From: an uncultured Pseudomonadota bacterium
GTDB lineage: Bacteria; Oederibacteriota; Muellerivitia; Muellerivitales; Muellerivitaceae
Assembly (NCBI GenBank): GCA_963770835.1
Contig: CAVYRH010000008.1
Span: 1-64,000 of the forward strand
Direction: 5' to 3'
Length of the DNA stretch: 64,000 bases
Part shown: piece by piece, positions 31,263-40,583 of the stretch
How positions within the stretch are numbered: the first letter of the stretch is position 1
Layout: each line of letters starts with the position of its first letter
Notes under the pieces: generated by a model
Databases searched by the model: none
Told to the model about the DNA's origin: nothing
The model's input: only the letters and a program-made list of their open reading frames with translations
Made by a program: the position numbers and the translations under genes

Positions 31263-31679
31263 TTAATCCTCAAGGCGCTCCAGCGCCTCATCCCAGGCAT
31301 CGTCCAAATTGTCCACTTCCCCTTCGTTGATGACCTCGGCGAGGAGTTTTTTAAGCTTCGGTGCCAGGCTTTCCTCAAAGTCGTTCTCCCGGAGGACTTC
31401 CCGGACGTCTTCCAAAGTCAGGTTCTCCAGAAGTTCCTCCGACTCGTTTTGAAAGAGACGGCGTCGCTCGATATCTTCCACGGATTTCCCGACGGGCTCG
31501 TCTTCGTCCTCGTCGTCATCATCGTCTTCTTCCTCTTCCTCGGCTTCGTCCAAACCAATGGTATCTTCATCATCGTCGTCGTCTTCCTCGTCGTCGTCCT
31601 CGTCGCCGGGTTTCTTGTCGTCCATTTCGTCATCATCTACTATTTCAGCGTCTTCCTCATGACCGCGCTTGCGAGCCAA
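31263..31679 (-). CDS. Extremely acidic small protein
   Basis: TTG start with GGAGG RBS; long D/E runs followed by a helical acidic C-terminal part; upstream TTGACA at 31732-31737; own terminator. Confidence 0.85.
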   Translation of the reverse strand: MARKRGHEEDAEIVDDDEMDDKKPGDEDDDEEDDDDDEDTIGLDEAEEEEEDDDDDEDEDEPVGKSVEDIERRRLFQNESEELLENLTLEDVREVLRENDFEESLAPKLKKLLAEVINEGEVDNLDDAWDEALERLED

Positions 31680-31828
31680 GGTGGCCTCCTTAGGGGAATT
31701 TAACTCAATGAATACTTCGTCTTCTTTTAACTGTCAAGGGGTTGTTCGTGAATCAAAAAACAATTAACAAAACCGGTTTGAGGCAAGAATAAAAACCCGT
31801 GCAACTCCCGAAAACCGCCTCCCATACT

Positions 31829-33577
31829 TTAAATCTGCCGTCTCAGGTTCTCCCACTGGTTGCGGTCCACCAATTCCACGTTGGAAAAGCGGGATAGGGC
31901 GCGGGCGTCCATGGCGAAGTCGGCGGGGACCATCAATAACCCCCGGTGGCAAAATTCGGACCTCATGATGTGGCTCATTTCGCTGATCAATTCGGCCGCC
32001 ACCCTTTCCTCGGGCGGATATTGTTTGGCCATGACCGCGAATTTCCCTCCGGTGACGGGATGGGGGAACTCGGCCACCGCCACGACCGCGCCCCCGGGGT
32101 CCCGCCGGATCTTCTCTACGCGAAACCCCATGCTCTTCAGGAACAAATCCGTTTCCTTCTCGAAATTCAGGAGGGGCATTTTGCTCAAATCCGTGACCAC
32201 CCCCTTTTCATCCACCACCCGGAAAGTCCAACGGCCGTCGTAAGCCGGCCCCTCCATCAGCTCGGATAGCTTGGAGCCGTCCACCAAATCCACCGCCATA
32301 GTGCGGGAAATATTCTTGGCCTCCTCCGTAAACCGCCCCGTGACGATATAAATACCCCGCTTGCAGTCCTCTTCACGGGTCACCTCATCCAATTCCCTTA
32401 TGAGATCCGCGTGCACGGGGGCTGTTTCGGGATACTGACGGGCCAGTACCAGGAAACTCCCGCCAACCACAGGGTGCTGGAAATCCACCTGGATCTGGAG
32501 GGTGCCGCCGGGCACTTTTTTTACTTTTTGAACGTCAAAGTTCATCTTGGCAAGGACGCTCAACACCAGGTCCTGGAACTGGGCGAGTGGCATGGAACTG
32601 AGTTCCTTCCCCTTGAAGGTTTCCTGGATTACCTGGGGTTCTTCCACTATCTTCGGCTTTTCCCACCCCTCATCGACCTTCGTTTTAGGGGCCTCATAGC
32701 GGACATTGATCTTGGGGGCGTTTTCCTTGATCCGTTCAATAACCCTGGCCGTTTTACTCTCTTCCACCGGCAGGGGCTGCGTTTCCATGCCGTCGTTATA
32801 GCGCAGGTCGAAGGAGGTCAGGGCCTTGAAAGGGGGAAACTTGCTTTTTTGGACGTGCTCAAAAACGTCCCTCTGGGCCTTCACGCTCAAAACGACGCCT
32901 TCGTAATACTTGGCCTTGCCGCTGATGAAATTCATCGTGGCATCCACGACGACCGCGGGGATATTTTCCGAGAGAAAAAAGGCCGTCTCCAAAACGTTGA
33001 GAGTATCCGTAAAAAGATTGTCACGAAAAAGTTGGTAATTAGCTTCCACTTTCCCGCCCAATTGAGTATTGAAACGCTTGGCCTGGAAGCGGATACGCGG
33101 CACCATGTCCACGGCATGCACCGATCCAATCTCAATATCAGGATATTTTTCCAGAAGATAGAACCGTAAAATTTCCTCAAAATTACCCATGGCGCCCCTG
33201 CGAAGATGTTCTCGCTTCTCTTCAACCTTGTGCCTTTCCATCCGCAAGAGCCTGTGTGTTTCGGCTTTATGGGCGCTGGTGCGGCGCATATATTGAAAAA
33301 GGAGCGCAAGAAAAATGAGGGAGACGAAAATTCCAACGCCGACGGCTTCCGCTCCGTTTTGTTGGCAGTAATCCCAAAGGCTTTGGAAGAAGGTGTGGAT
33401 CACTCCGTAAACAAAGCTGTTGAATAAGATGATCATAAGGAAGATCACCAGCGCGGCGGTGACAACGGCCCCCACATTGGCTTCGTCCTCGGTATGTCCC
33501 TGTTTCAGGAGGTGGTTTTTGACTTGTTTGGCTCCGGGGATTTTCAAGAGCCGCTCGACCCATATGCTGGAGAGCAT
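31829..33577 (-). CDS. Membrane-anchored protein with two degenerate Mrr-like restriction endonuclease domains
   Basis: Two N-terminal TMs; repeats LSSMPLAQFQDLV..MNF / LSKMPLLNFEKE..MGF; RGIYIVTGRFTEEA, LVDG. Confidence 0.75.
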   Translation of the reverse strand: MLSSIWVERLLKIPGAKQVKNHLLKQGHTEDEANVGAVVTAALVIFLMIILFNSFVYGVIHTFFQSLWDYCQQNGAEAVGVGIFVSLIFLALLFQYMRRTSAHKAETHRLLRMERHKVEEKREHLRRGAMGNFEEILRFYLLEKYPDIEIGSVHAVDMVPRIRFQAKRFNTQLGGKVEANYQLFRDNLFTDTLNVLETAFFLSENIPAVVVDATMNFISGKAKYYEGVVLSVKAQRDVFEHVQKSKFPPFKALTSFDLRYNDGMETQPLPVEESKTARVIERIKENAPKINVRYEAPKTKVDEGWEKPKIVEEPQVIQETFKGKELSSMPLAQFQDLVLSVLAKMNFDVQKVKKVPGGTLQIQVDFQHPVVGGSFLVLARQYPETAPVHADLIRELDEVTREEDCKRGIYIVTGRFTEEAKNISRTMAVDLVDGSKLSELMEGPAYDGRWTFRVVDEKGVVTDLSKMPLLNFEKETDLFLKSMGFRVEKIRRDPGGAVVAVAEFPHPVTGGKFAVMAKQYPPEERVAAELISEMSHIMRSEFCHRGLLMVPADFAMDARALSRFSNVELVDRNQWENLRRQI

Positions 33578-33661
33578 GAATGAAGTTCCTTTTAAACAAC
33601 GTGGTTCAAATTGCCTTTCAATATCGTTTCATGTTAGAGTCCCCCCACTCTGGAGGCAAGC

Positions 33662-34342
33662 GTGGATTTTTTAAAGCGCCTTGAAAAATTGATGACGCGG
33701 CTGCGTTCCAAAAACGGCTGTCCCTGGGATAAGCGCCAGACCCACAAGAGCTTGAAGCCTTATCTTTTGGAGGAAGCCCACGAAACCCTGGAGGCCATCG
33801 ACAGCGGAAAGCCCGAACTGTTGAGGGAGGAACTAGGGGACCTCCTCCTCCAGGTGGTCTTTCACGCCCAATTAGCCAAGGAAAGGGGCCGTTTCAACTT
33901 GCAGGATGTGGCCCAAACCATCGGTGACAAACTGGTCCGCCGTCATCCCCACGTCTTCGGGAAGTCCAGCCGCCGTATCGCGGACATCAACCGCAAGTGG
34001 GAAGAACTGAAACGCTTGGAGAAACCGGAGCGCAAATCCGCCCTGGACGGCCTCCCTAAGTCCCTGCCCTCCCTTTTAAGGGCCCAGCGCATGCACGAGA
34101 AGATTTCAAAGCAGGACAAGGTCCAAAGGAACAAAGAAGTGGAAAAGGCCTTGGAAAAAAGTTGGAAAGGGTTTCGAAAAGCGGTTTCCGGAGGGAATAA
34201 GAAGACCAAAGACAAGGCTGCAGGTGAATTTTTACTGGCTTTCGCCCAATACTCCCATACCGCTGGTATCCACGCGGAAATGGCCCTTCGGTCAGCTTCC
34301 GATAAATATGAAAAAAAATTCAGGCTTTCCGAGCACCGCTGA
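33662..34342 (+). CDS. mazG: Nucleoside triphosphate pyrophosphohydrolase
   Basis: LRSKNGCPWD, YLLEEAHE, EELGDLLLQVVFH, KLVRRHPHVF; second domain degenerate. Confidence 0.93.
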   Translation: MDFLKRLEKLMTRLRSKNGCPWDKRQTHKSLKPYLLEEAHETLEAIDSGKPELLREELGDLLLQVVFHAQLAKERGRFNLQDVAQTIGDKLVRRHPHVFGKSSRRIADINRKWEELKRLEKPERKSALDGLPKSLPSLLRAQRMHEKISKQDKVQRNKEVEKALEKSWKGFRKAVSGGNKKTKDKAAGEFLLAFAQYSHTAGIHAEMALRSASDKYEKKFRLSEHR

Positions 34343-35011
34343 TTAAGCTTGTTTGGCCTGGTAAAGAATCCGGTGGGGCAGTTCCATGGCGGTAAGATAC
34401 CCGCCGTAAACGCAGCCCGTGTCCAGGTCGATGCGATCGCGTGTCAGGTCCACCTTCTCAACGGGAGTGTGGCCGAAAACGACCAGCTTGGGGGTGGGCC
34501 GGGGATCCTGGATGAATTTGCGCCGGATCCACAAAAGATCGTCCCCGTCCTGGGCGTTTAAGGGCCTGTCCAAGTTGACGCCTGCATGGCAGAAAAAATA
34601 ATCGGGGGTCTCATAGGTATAAGGCAGGGCGTTCAGGAACTCCACATGGGTGTGGGGGATGTAGGACTGGAGCAGGATATGGGCCCCTTCCCCGCGTACT
34701 TCGTCCAGTTTTTCCTTAGGAACATAAGATTGCAACGTCTGGTGGCCCCCATTCAATAGCCAGTTCGCGGCCGCCAGGGGATTGGGAGTACCCAACCATT
34801 CCAGGAGCATTTGCTCGTGGTTTCCCCTCAGGAAATGCCAGGTAGGCTTCTGGTTCGCCAAAAGATAGTCCAGGACACCCTTGCTGTCCGGCCCCCGATC
34901 GATGTAGTCCCCCAGGAAGACCAGTTCGTCCCCGTCCTTCATAGGCAATTGGGCGATCAAATCCCTCAAGGCATTGAGGCAGCCGTGGATGTCGCCGATG
35001 GCGTAAATCAT
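34343..35011 (-). CDS. Metallophosphoesterase (PrpA/ApaH-like Ser/Thr phosphatase family)
   Basis: GDIHG, GDYIDRG, RGNHE, HAG, FGHTP, DTGCVYGG. Confidence 0.92.
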   Translation of the reverse strand: MIYAIGDIHGCLNALRDLIAQLPMKDGDELVFLGDYIDRGPDSKGVLDYLLANQKPTWHFLRGNHEQMLLEWLGTPNPLAAANWLLNGGHQTLQSYVPKEKLDEVRGEGAHILLQSYIPHTHVEFLNALPYTYETPDYFFCHAGVNLDRPLNAQDGDDLLWIRRKFIQDPRPTPKLVVFGHTPVEKVDLTRDRIDLDTGCVYGGYLTAMELPHRILYQAKQA

Positions 35012-35081
35012 CAGTCCTCCAAAAATTCCAACGTTGTGAATTTAACCACAGAGGCGCCAACAAAGCCACCGGTAATCGGGC

Positions 35082-36353
35082 TCAAACGACCAGTTTCCGG
35101 GAGGAAGCCCGTTTCGTCGAATAGGCGTAGGTCCCCCATTGGGTCAACCCCAGCAGGAAAACCGCCACCCGGATTCCCGCCTCCCCGAACCGGGCCTGGG
35201 CCGCCCAAAACACTGCCAGCCCGATGAACCTCCCCAGGGCCAAGGGTAGTTCCCGGAGGGTGAGGTATTCCAGCTTCCGTTTGGCCGACCCCGTGGCGCC
35301 CTCAATGACTTCGAAGGAGATGGCGGAAAATCCGACCTGGAACCAGGTGACCCCCACGGCGTAAAGGACCGCGAATAATAAGAGGGCCAGAGGCGACATA
35401 TTGAAGGCCAGGAGGAGGGAGGCCGCCACGATCAACCCCGAGGAGATAGCCAATCCCGTTTGCCGGTGCTTTTGGTGGGCCCAGCGCGAAAGGGCATAGG
35501 CGGTCACGACCGCCAAGAAGGTGGAAAGCATGTTGTAATTGCCCACCGCCATTTCGTTGTGCCAGGTCCGGTAGACGAAAAGGCTGGTTACGAACCAGAA
35601 AAGCCCGCCCCGAAGGCCGCTGAAAAACCAGGCCGCCAGGAGGTTCTTCCAATCCCGCCCCCAAGGCAGGGCCAACACCTTCCTTACCTGAAAATCGCCC
35701 GAGGGCCGGGGTGCCTTTAACCGCCAACTTTGGAAAATAAGGACCAGGTAGATCAACAGGATGAAGCCAAAGACCAAGTAATACCCCAACAGGCTCTGGG
35801 AGGCCTGTCCATCGCCCTGGGTAAAAGAGGCGATTACCCATCCGGAAATGCCGGGCGCGGCGATCTTCAAAAGGGAGCTCAGCAGGAAATAAAGCGAAAA
35901 GAAATAATCCCTGTCTTTTGAGTCGGTCATATCAAAGGTCAGGGCATGCTGGCCCAGATAGTAGAACCCCAGCCCGAAGCCGCCAAGGAACCCCAGGATC
36001 AGGGTATGTTCGGGCGCCGATTCCCTCCACAAAAGCACTGACAGGAAAAGAAGGGCGTGGAAGATGAACCCCAATTGGTAGGACAGGCGGTGCCCGAAAC
36101 GGGGCGAAAGGACCCCACCGATCCAGAAAGCAGCCGGAATTAGCGCGAACTGGAGAATATTGAAAGAAATGACGACGTTCCAATCCTCTTTTTGCCGAAA
36201 AAGGAACACGTTGAAAAAGACCGAGGCGATGGCGTAGCTGAAGTCGTAAAGCCCGATCATCCAAATGAGGGTTTTGGCACTGGGCGGAAGCTGTTTTTTT
36301 ACTCCCAGGTAATGTCCAAGGAATTTGTAGACGTAGGAAAAAATGAAATCCAT
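35082..36353 (-). CDS. MFS transporter
   Basis: 423 aa with about 12 TM segments in two halves. Confidence 0.8.
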   Translation of the reverse strand: MDFIFSYVYKFLGHYLGVKKQLPPSAKTLIWMIGLYDFSYAIASVFFNVFLFRQKEDWNVVISFNILQFALIPAAFWIGGVLSPRFGHRLSYQLGFIFHALLFLSVLLWRESAPEHTLILGFLGGFGLGFYYLGQHALTFDMTDSKDRDYFFSLYFLLSSLLKIAAPGISGWVIASFTQGDGQASQSLLGYYLVFGFILLIYLVLIFQSWRLKAPRPSGDFQVRKVLALPWGRDWKNLLAAWFFSGLRGGLFWFVTSLFVYRTWHNEMAVGNYNMLSTFLAVVTAYALSRWAHQKHRQTGLAISSGLIVAASLLLAFNMSPLALLLFAVLYAVGVTWFQVGFSAISFEVIEGATGSAKRKLEYLTLRELPLALGRFIGLAVFWAAQARFGEAGIRVAVFLLGLTQWGTYAYSTKRASSRKLVV

Positions 36354-36372
36354 TTAATTCGTCCTTCGGAAT

Positions 36373-36403
36373 AAAAAAAGAGCGGAGAGATTCCCGCCCT
36401 TTT
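36373..36403 (-). terminator. Possible intrinsic terminator after the AsmA-family gene
   Basis: Minus strand GGGCGGG..TCCGCTC stem with G-U pairs, then T7. Confidence 0.45.
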
Positions 36404-36432
36404 CGAATGGTACTTCTGCCTTAAATTTTTAA

Positions 36433-38739
36433 TTAATGAAACAAGCCCTTCAACTGATTCCCCAAATTTTTTATGGCCGGCTGGGCCGCGTTTTGGACAG
36501 CCGCGCCCAAGTGCTTTTTGACATTGTTTCCGATTCGCCCCGTATCCCAGGTGTAATGATTGTCCGAGACCGGGCCGGTAAACTTGAGGTCCACCGGGAC
36601 GTTCCCGTTGTCATCCTCCATAAAGGAGGGGTCCTTCACCAGTCCGCTGATTTCCCCAGGTAAAGCCGCTTTTAGGGTGTCGGAGTTGATGAAGTCCTTC
36701 TTGATATCGCACTGGACGGACATGTCGGGGGAATAAGCCATCTTCACGATATCAATGCCCCCGTTCTCACGGATAGCGCCCACCTTGCCCGTCGTATTGG
36801 CCGTATAGGAGAAAACCTTGTTCTTCATCGCCAGATTGCCCTCGATTTTCTCGAACCCCATTTCGTCGCTTTGGTCCTTGAGATAGCCGTTGATCGTCTT
36901 AACCACGCCGCCCTTGATCTTGGCGTTGAGAAGGTTGTAATTGCCCGAACCCACCTGGCTGGCAATCATTTGGTCTCCCGACAGGCCTTTTCCCGCCCCC
37001 GAGTAGGCAAAATTCATGGTTCCGTACAGCATGTCCTTGTATTTTGTGAAGTCCTTCGTCGTCACGTAAGCGTCAATGCTGGCATCTACAGCCTTCTGAG
37101 CATTCACGTTGGCCAAGCGAAAGCTGTAACTATAGGCATAGGTGTTGCCGTTGAAGGTAACTGCCATAGCCCCCGAACCATCGAAAGCTTTAAAGGTGAT
37201 TCCCGGAACCTTAATGACGTTATTCACGCAGTTGATATTCCCATTCATGGACTGCAGGTAGGGTTCCTGGGGCAGGGTGATGCCTACGTTCTTCAGGGCG
37301 ATCTGCCCGTTCACCAGGAAAGGCAGGGTTTTTCCCTTGGTGGAAACAAAGGATAGGTCCAAGGATCCTGCGCCGTCGATGGTGGTCTTGCTCAGCTTGG
37401 GAAGCATGCCGGGCAGGCCCTTGAAAGGTAAGGAGTCCGAATGCACCTTGCAGGACCAGCTGGAACCGGCGTAGTGGAAGGAGCCCGTCACCTCCCAATC
37501 GGCATAAACCACCTTGAAGGAGGGGACGTCGTAAATCCCCTGGTTCATCTTGTTGACGCTCTTGAAGTCCACCTTGCAGGCGGTTTTAGCGGCCTTGACG
37601 AAGACATCCTTGTATTGGATGGCCAGTTCGGACCCGTCAGCCGTTCCCGACAGCTCCAAGCCCGCGTTCTTGCTGCCCGAAAGGTGGAAATCCACCTTGG
37701 CCGGGCCTCCAAGGGTGAGGCCTTCCGGCATCTTGGAAAGATTGCTGGGGACCAACCCGGCAAACTTGAGCATGTTCAAGGACGCTTCCCCATCCATCGT
37801 GGGGCTGAAATCTCCGGTCAGGTTGCTGGCATCACCCGAGAGGTTGAAACCCAGGTCATTAACTGTCCCATCTAACACCAAATCCTTGATGGACTGGCTG
37901 GCCAGGAAGTAGCGGACGGACCCCGATAACCCGAACTTGTAGGTCAATTTGTTGTATGAAAAAGGAGTGTCCACCGAGAAGGTAATATTTCCGCCATCCA
38001 GGGAGACGTTCTTAACCTTTACATTCAGGGCGTTGGCAACGGCCTTTTCAACCGGCGAAACCGTCTCGTCCAGGTATTCCAGGTGGGCGTTCTGGATATT
38101 GATGCTGTCTACCGAAAGACTCAGGGACGATTTGGAAGCCTGCCCGCTGGTGCCCGTATCGGCCAAGGCGGAATCCACGAAGAAAGAGGAAAACTGCGGT
38201 TCTTGGCTTGCGGCCGGAATCCAGGCGCTCTTCTTGTGTTTTTTCTTCGCCTTATTTTTGGCTTTGGACTTCGAAACGGCTTTGGGCGTGGGAGCCGGTG
38301 CAACCTGGACCGCGAAAGTTCCCGTCATATCGCTGAAGTTGAATTGGTTCGGGTTGCGGCGCTCCACCAGGATGTCAGGGCTGTTCAAGCGGATTTCCCC
38401 CAGCGAAACCTTTCCGAACAAAAGCGGCCACAAATGATAGGAAATCGAAATGTCCTTGGCAGAAACCATGGGCTTTGCGGCCCAACCTTCGCGGTTGGCG
38501 ACCACTAGGTTCTTGATGTCAAATCCGCTCAACACGTTGAAGCGGACATCCCCGATGGAAACCTTATGTTTAAGCGTTGCGGTCAGTTTTTCCGTGGCAA
38601 TTGCCTTCAGTTTGGCGGGCGGTAACACGATGGGGATAATGATGGCCGCGGCGATTAGCAAAAGGATGAAAACACCGGCGATTAGGCCACCGGTCCACAA
38701 GGCGAATTTCAGGAATTTATTCATCGGTTGCTTGGCCAT
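36433..38739 (-). CDS. AsmA-family protein
   Basis: N-terminal TM, LWPLLFGKVSLGEIRLNSPDILVER, ..NFSD, long beta-rich body, VPVDLKFTG near the C-terminus. Confidence 0.82.
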   Translation of the reverse strand: MAKQPMNKFLKFALWTGGLIAGVFILLLIAAAIIIPIVLPPAKLKAIATEKLTATLKHKVSIGDVRFNVLSGFDIKNLVVANREGWAAKPMVSAKDISISYHLWPLLFGKVSLGEIRLNSPDILVERRNPNQFNFSDMTGTFAVQVAPAPTPKAVSKSKAKNKAKKKHKKSAWIPAASQEPQFSSFFVDSALADTGTSGQASKSSLSLSVDSINIQNAHLEYLDETVSPVEKAVANALNVKVKNVSLDGGNITFSVDTPFSYNKLTYKFGLSGSVRYFLASQSIKDLVLDGTVNDLGFNLSGDASNLTGDFSPTMDGEASLNMLKFAGLVPSNLSKMPEGLTLGGPAKVDFHLSGSKNAGLELSGTADGSELAIQYKDVFVKAAKTACKVDFKSVNKMNQGIYDVPSFKVVYADWEVTGSFHYAGSSWSCKVHSDSLPFKGLPGMLPKLSKTTIDGAGSLDLSFVSTKGKTLPFLVNGQIALKNVGITLPQEPYLQSMNGNINCVNNVIKVPGITFKAFDGSGAMAVTFNGNTYAYSYSFRLANVNAQKAVDASIDAYVTTKDFTKYKDMLYGTMNFAYSGAGKGLSGDQMIASQVGSGNYNLLNAKIKGGVVKTINGYLKDQSDEMGFEKIEGNLAMKNKVFSYTANTTGKVGAIRENGGIDIVKMAYSPDMSVQCDIKKDFINSDTLKAALPGEISGLVKDPSFMEDDNGNVPVDLKFTGPVSDNHYTWDTGRIGNNVKKHLGAAVQNAAQPAIKNLGNQLKGLFH

Positions 38740-38840
38740 AGGAATCCCTCCATGAAGAATGGGCCTATTGTATTCAATTCATTGGACGAATTGAAAGAAT
38801 GAAGGACGTTCAGGAAAGACTCTTTCAAGCGAGTAAAAAC

Positions 38841-38868
38841 AAAAAGGGCACGGTACCCGTGCCCTTTT
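38841..38868 (-). terminator. Intrinsic terminator of recA
   Basis: AAAAGGGCACGG-TAC-CCGTGCCCTTTT hairpin with T-runs, 25 bp past the corrected recA stop. Confidence 0.85.
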
Positions 38869-38892
38869 GTGAAGATTGAGTTAGCGAAAGTT

Positions 38893-40106
38893 TTATTTTT
38901 TCAACGCCACTTTGGCCTTTTCGGTCGGCATGAAACCGACATCCTTTTTAATAGGTGCCACATTGGCCGGAATGACCGTTTTGAATTCCTCTTTTACGTC
39001 AGTCTTTCCCTTTTCAATCAGGGTGGCCGGAGCCACGGGACCGCCGGGATTGCTCGTCCCCGCCGGTTTAACCTCCGCCTTGACGCTGTCTTTTCCCTTC
39101 TCAGCGGCCGGAGCTGGAATCAGCCCCGCCTTTTCTTTGATCTTCTTTTCGATCTGCGCGTAGGATTTCCGGATGTTCCTTCAGGAAAGTCTTGGCGGCG
39201 TCCCGGCCTTGTCCAATCTTGGTTCTCGCCATAGCTCAGCCAAGTTCCGCTCTTGTCCACGATGCCCATCTCCACCCCCACGTCGATGAGGGAACCTTCC
39301 TTGGAAATGCCTTCGCCAAAGATAATGTCCACAAAGCCTTCCTTGAAAGGCTGGGCCGTCTTGTTCTTGACCACTTTGACCTTCACTTTATTGCCGATGT
39401 TCTGGTCGCCGCTCTTGATGGCTTCCATCCGGCGCACATCCAGGCGCATGGAGGCGTAAAATTTCAGGGCCCGGCCACCCGGGGTGGTTTCGGGATTGCC
39501 GAACATGACCCCGATCTTCTCGCGGATTTGGTTGATGAAAATGGCGCAGGTATGGGACTTGGAAAGCAGGGCCGTCAGTTTGCGCAGGGCCTGGCTCATC
39601 AAGCGGGCCTGCAGGCCTACGTGGGCATCGCCCATTTCCCCCTCGAATTCGGCCCGGGGCGCCAGGGCGGCCACCGAGTCGACGACAAGGACGTCAATGG
39701 CGCCGGAACGGATAAGGGTATCGGCAATTTGAAGGGCTTCTTCCGCCGAATCCGGCTGGGAGATCAGGAGTTCATCCACATTGACGCCCAATTTCTTGGC
39801 GTAAACCGGGTCCATGGCGTGTTCGGCGTCGATAAAAACGGCGGTTCCGCCAGCTTTTTGGCACTCGGCCACGATGTGAAGGGTCAGGGTGGTTTTACCC
39901 GAGGATTCCGGTCCATAAATCTCAACAATCCGGCCCCGGGGTACTCCCCCGATGCCGGTGGCGATATCGACGGATATGGCGCCCGTGGAGATGGACTTGA
40001 CGTCCTGGACTTTGGCCTCCCCCAGTCGCATGATGGCTCCTTTGCCGTGGTCTTTCTCAATCTGCAGGATCGCCATATCCAGCGCTTTTTGCTTCTCAGT
40101 TGCCAT
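38893..40106 (-). CDS. recA: Recombinase A, with two +1 indels near the 3' end (403 aa when corrected)
   Basis: [45 protein letters not shown]. Removing one base at 39223-39224 and one at 39163-39164 restores [30 protein letters not shown] through to TAA at 38893. Confidence 0.95.
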
Positions 40107-40220
40107 TGCCTTCTTCTCCTTGTTCTGGCCCGTAAAGACGGGATTTATAGGTTTTTTGTGTTTTTTCGGTGTCACCTTCCCTTTTGGGAAGGCGGGGTAG
40201 GAAATGTCCCTACGCGCAAC

Positions 40221-40249
40221 ATCCTAAAAGCCTCCCGGCCTCGAGTCAA
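40221..40249 (-). promoter_or_regulatory. sigma70-type recA promoter
   Basis: TTGACT-N17-TAGGAT on the minus strand. Confidence 0.7.
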
Positions 40250-40251
40250 GA

Positions 40252-40277
40252 AAAAAGTATACGGCTGTATACTTTTT
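40252..40277. promoter_or_regulatory. Perfect palindrome next to the recA -35 (candidate operator)
   Basis: AAAAAGTATAC-GGCT-GTATACTTTTT. Confidence 0.65.
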
Positions 40278-40326
40278 AAAGGCTCCGGTTCTCCCCTATT
40301 CCAAGTATCAGCCCAACCCCAGTTAA

Positions 40327-40342
40327 TGGCATTCGTTATGCA
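40327..40342 (+). promoter_or_regulatory. Candidate sigma54 promoter
   Basis: TGGCATTCGTTATGCA (GG-N10-GC), about 70 bp upstream of ATG 40415. Confidence 0.45.
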
Positions 40343-40414
40343 ATAGTTATAGATGTGAACTAAAGGGGATGCTGAGCCGTCTGAATAAGTGAAGTATCCA
40401 AGAGGTAGCGAGCG

Positions 40415-40546
40415 ATGACCCGGAAAATGAAGAAACTTTCAGCCAATATTATCCTGGATTTTGTGGCCTTTTTGGCCATGTCCGCCGCCTACCTGATCGG
40501 CCGGGCCATAACTGGTTCTTCCAAAGACCGGGATGGGATGATTTAA
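40415..40546 (+). CDS. 43-aa single-TM small protein
   Basis: GAGGT RBS; MTRKMKKLSANIILDFVAFLAMSAAYLIGRAITGSSKDRDGMI. Confidence 0.55.
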   Translation: MTRKMKKLSANIILDFVAFLAMSAAYLIGRAITGSSKDRDGMI

Positions 40547-40583
40547 AACTCGCAACCTGCCAGTTTTTTCGACACGCCCGCCC

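Noticed and set aside
31829..35011. Mrr-like gene + mazG + phosphatase as an anti-phage defence island
   Set aside because: The genes are in mixed orientations, mazG is the housekeeping two-domain type, the nuclease sites are degenerate, and no other defence or mobility genes are nearby
39120..39230. Programmed frameshifting or a novel basic RecA C-terminus (as in the ORF track)
   Set aside because: No slippery site; two separate +1 shifts restore the canonical sequence, which fits sequence errors
39192..40346. 384-aa plus-strand ORF
   Set aside because: Antisense to recA; a by-product of high GC3 codon bias
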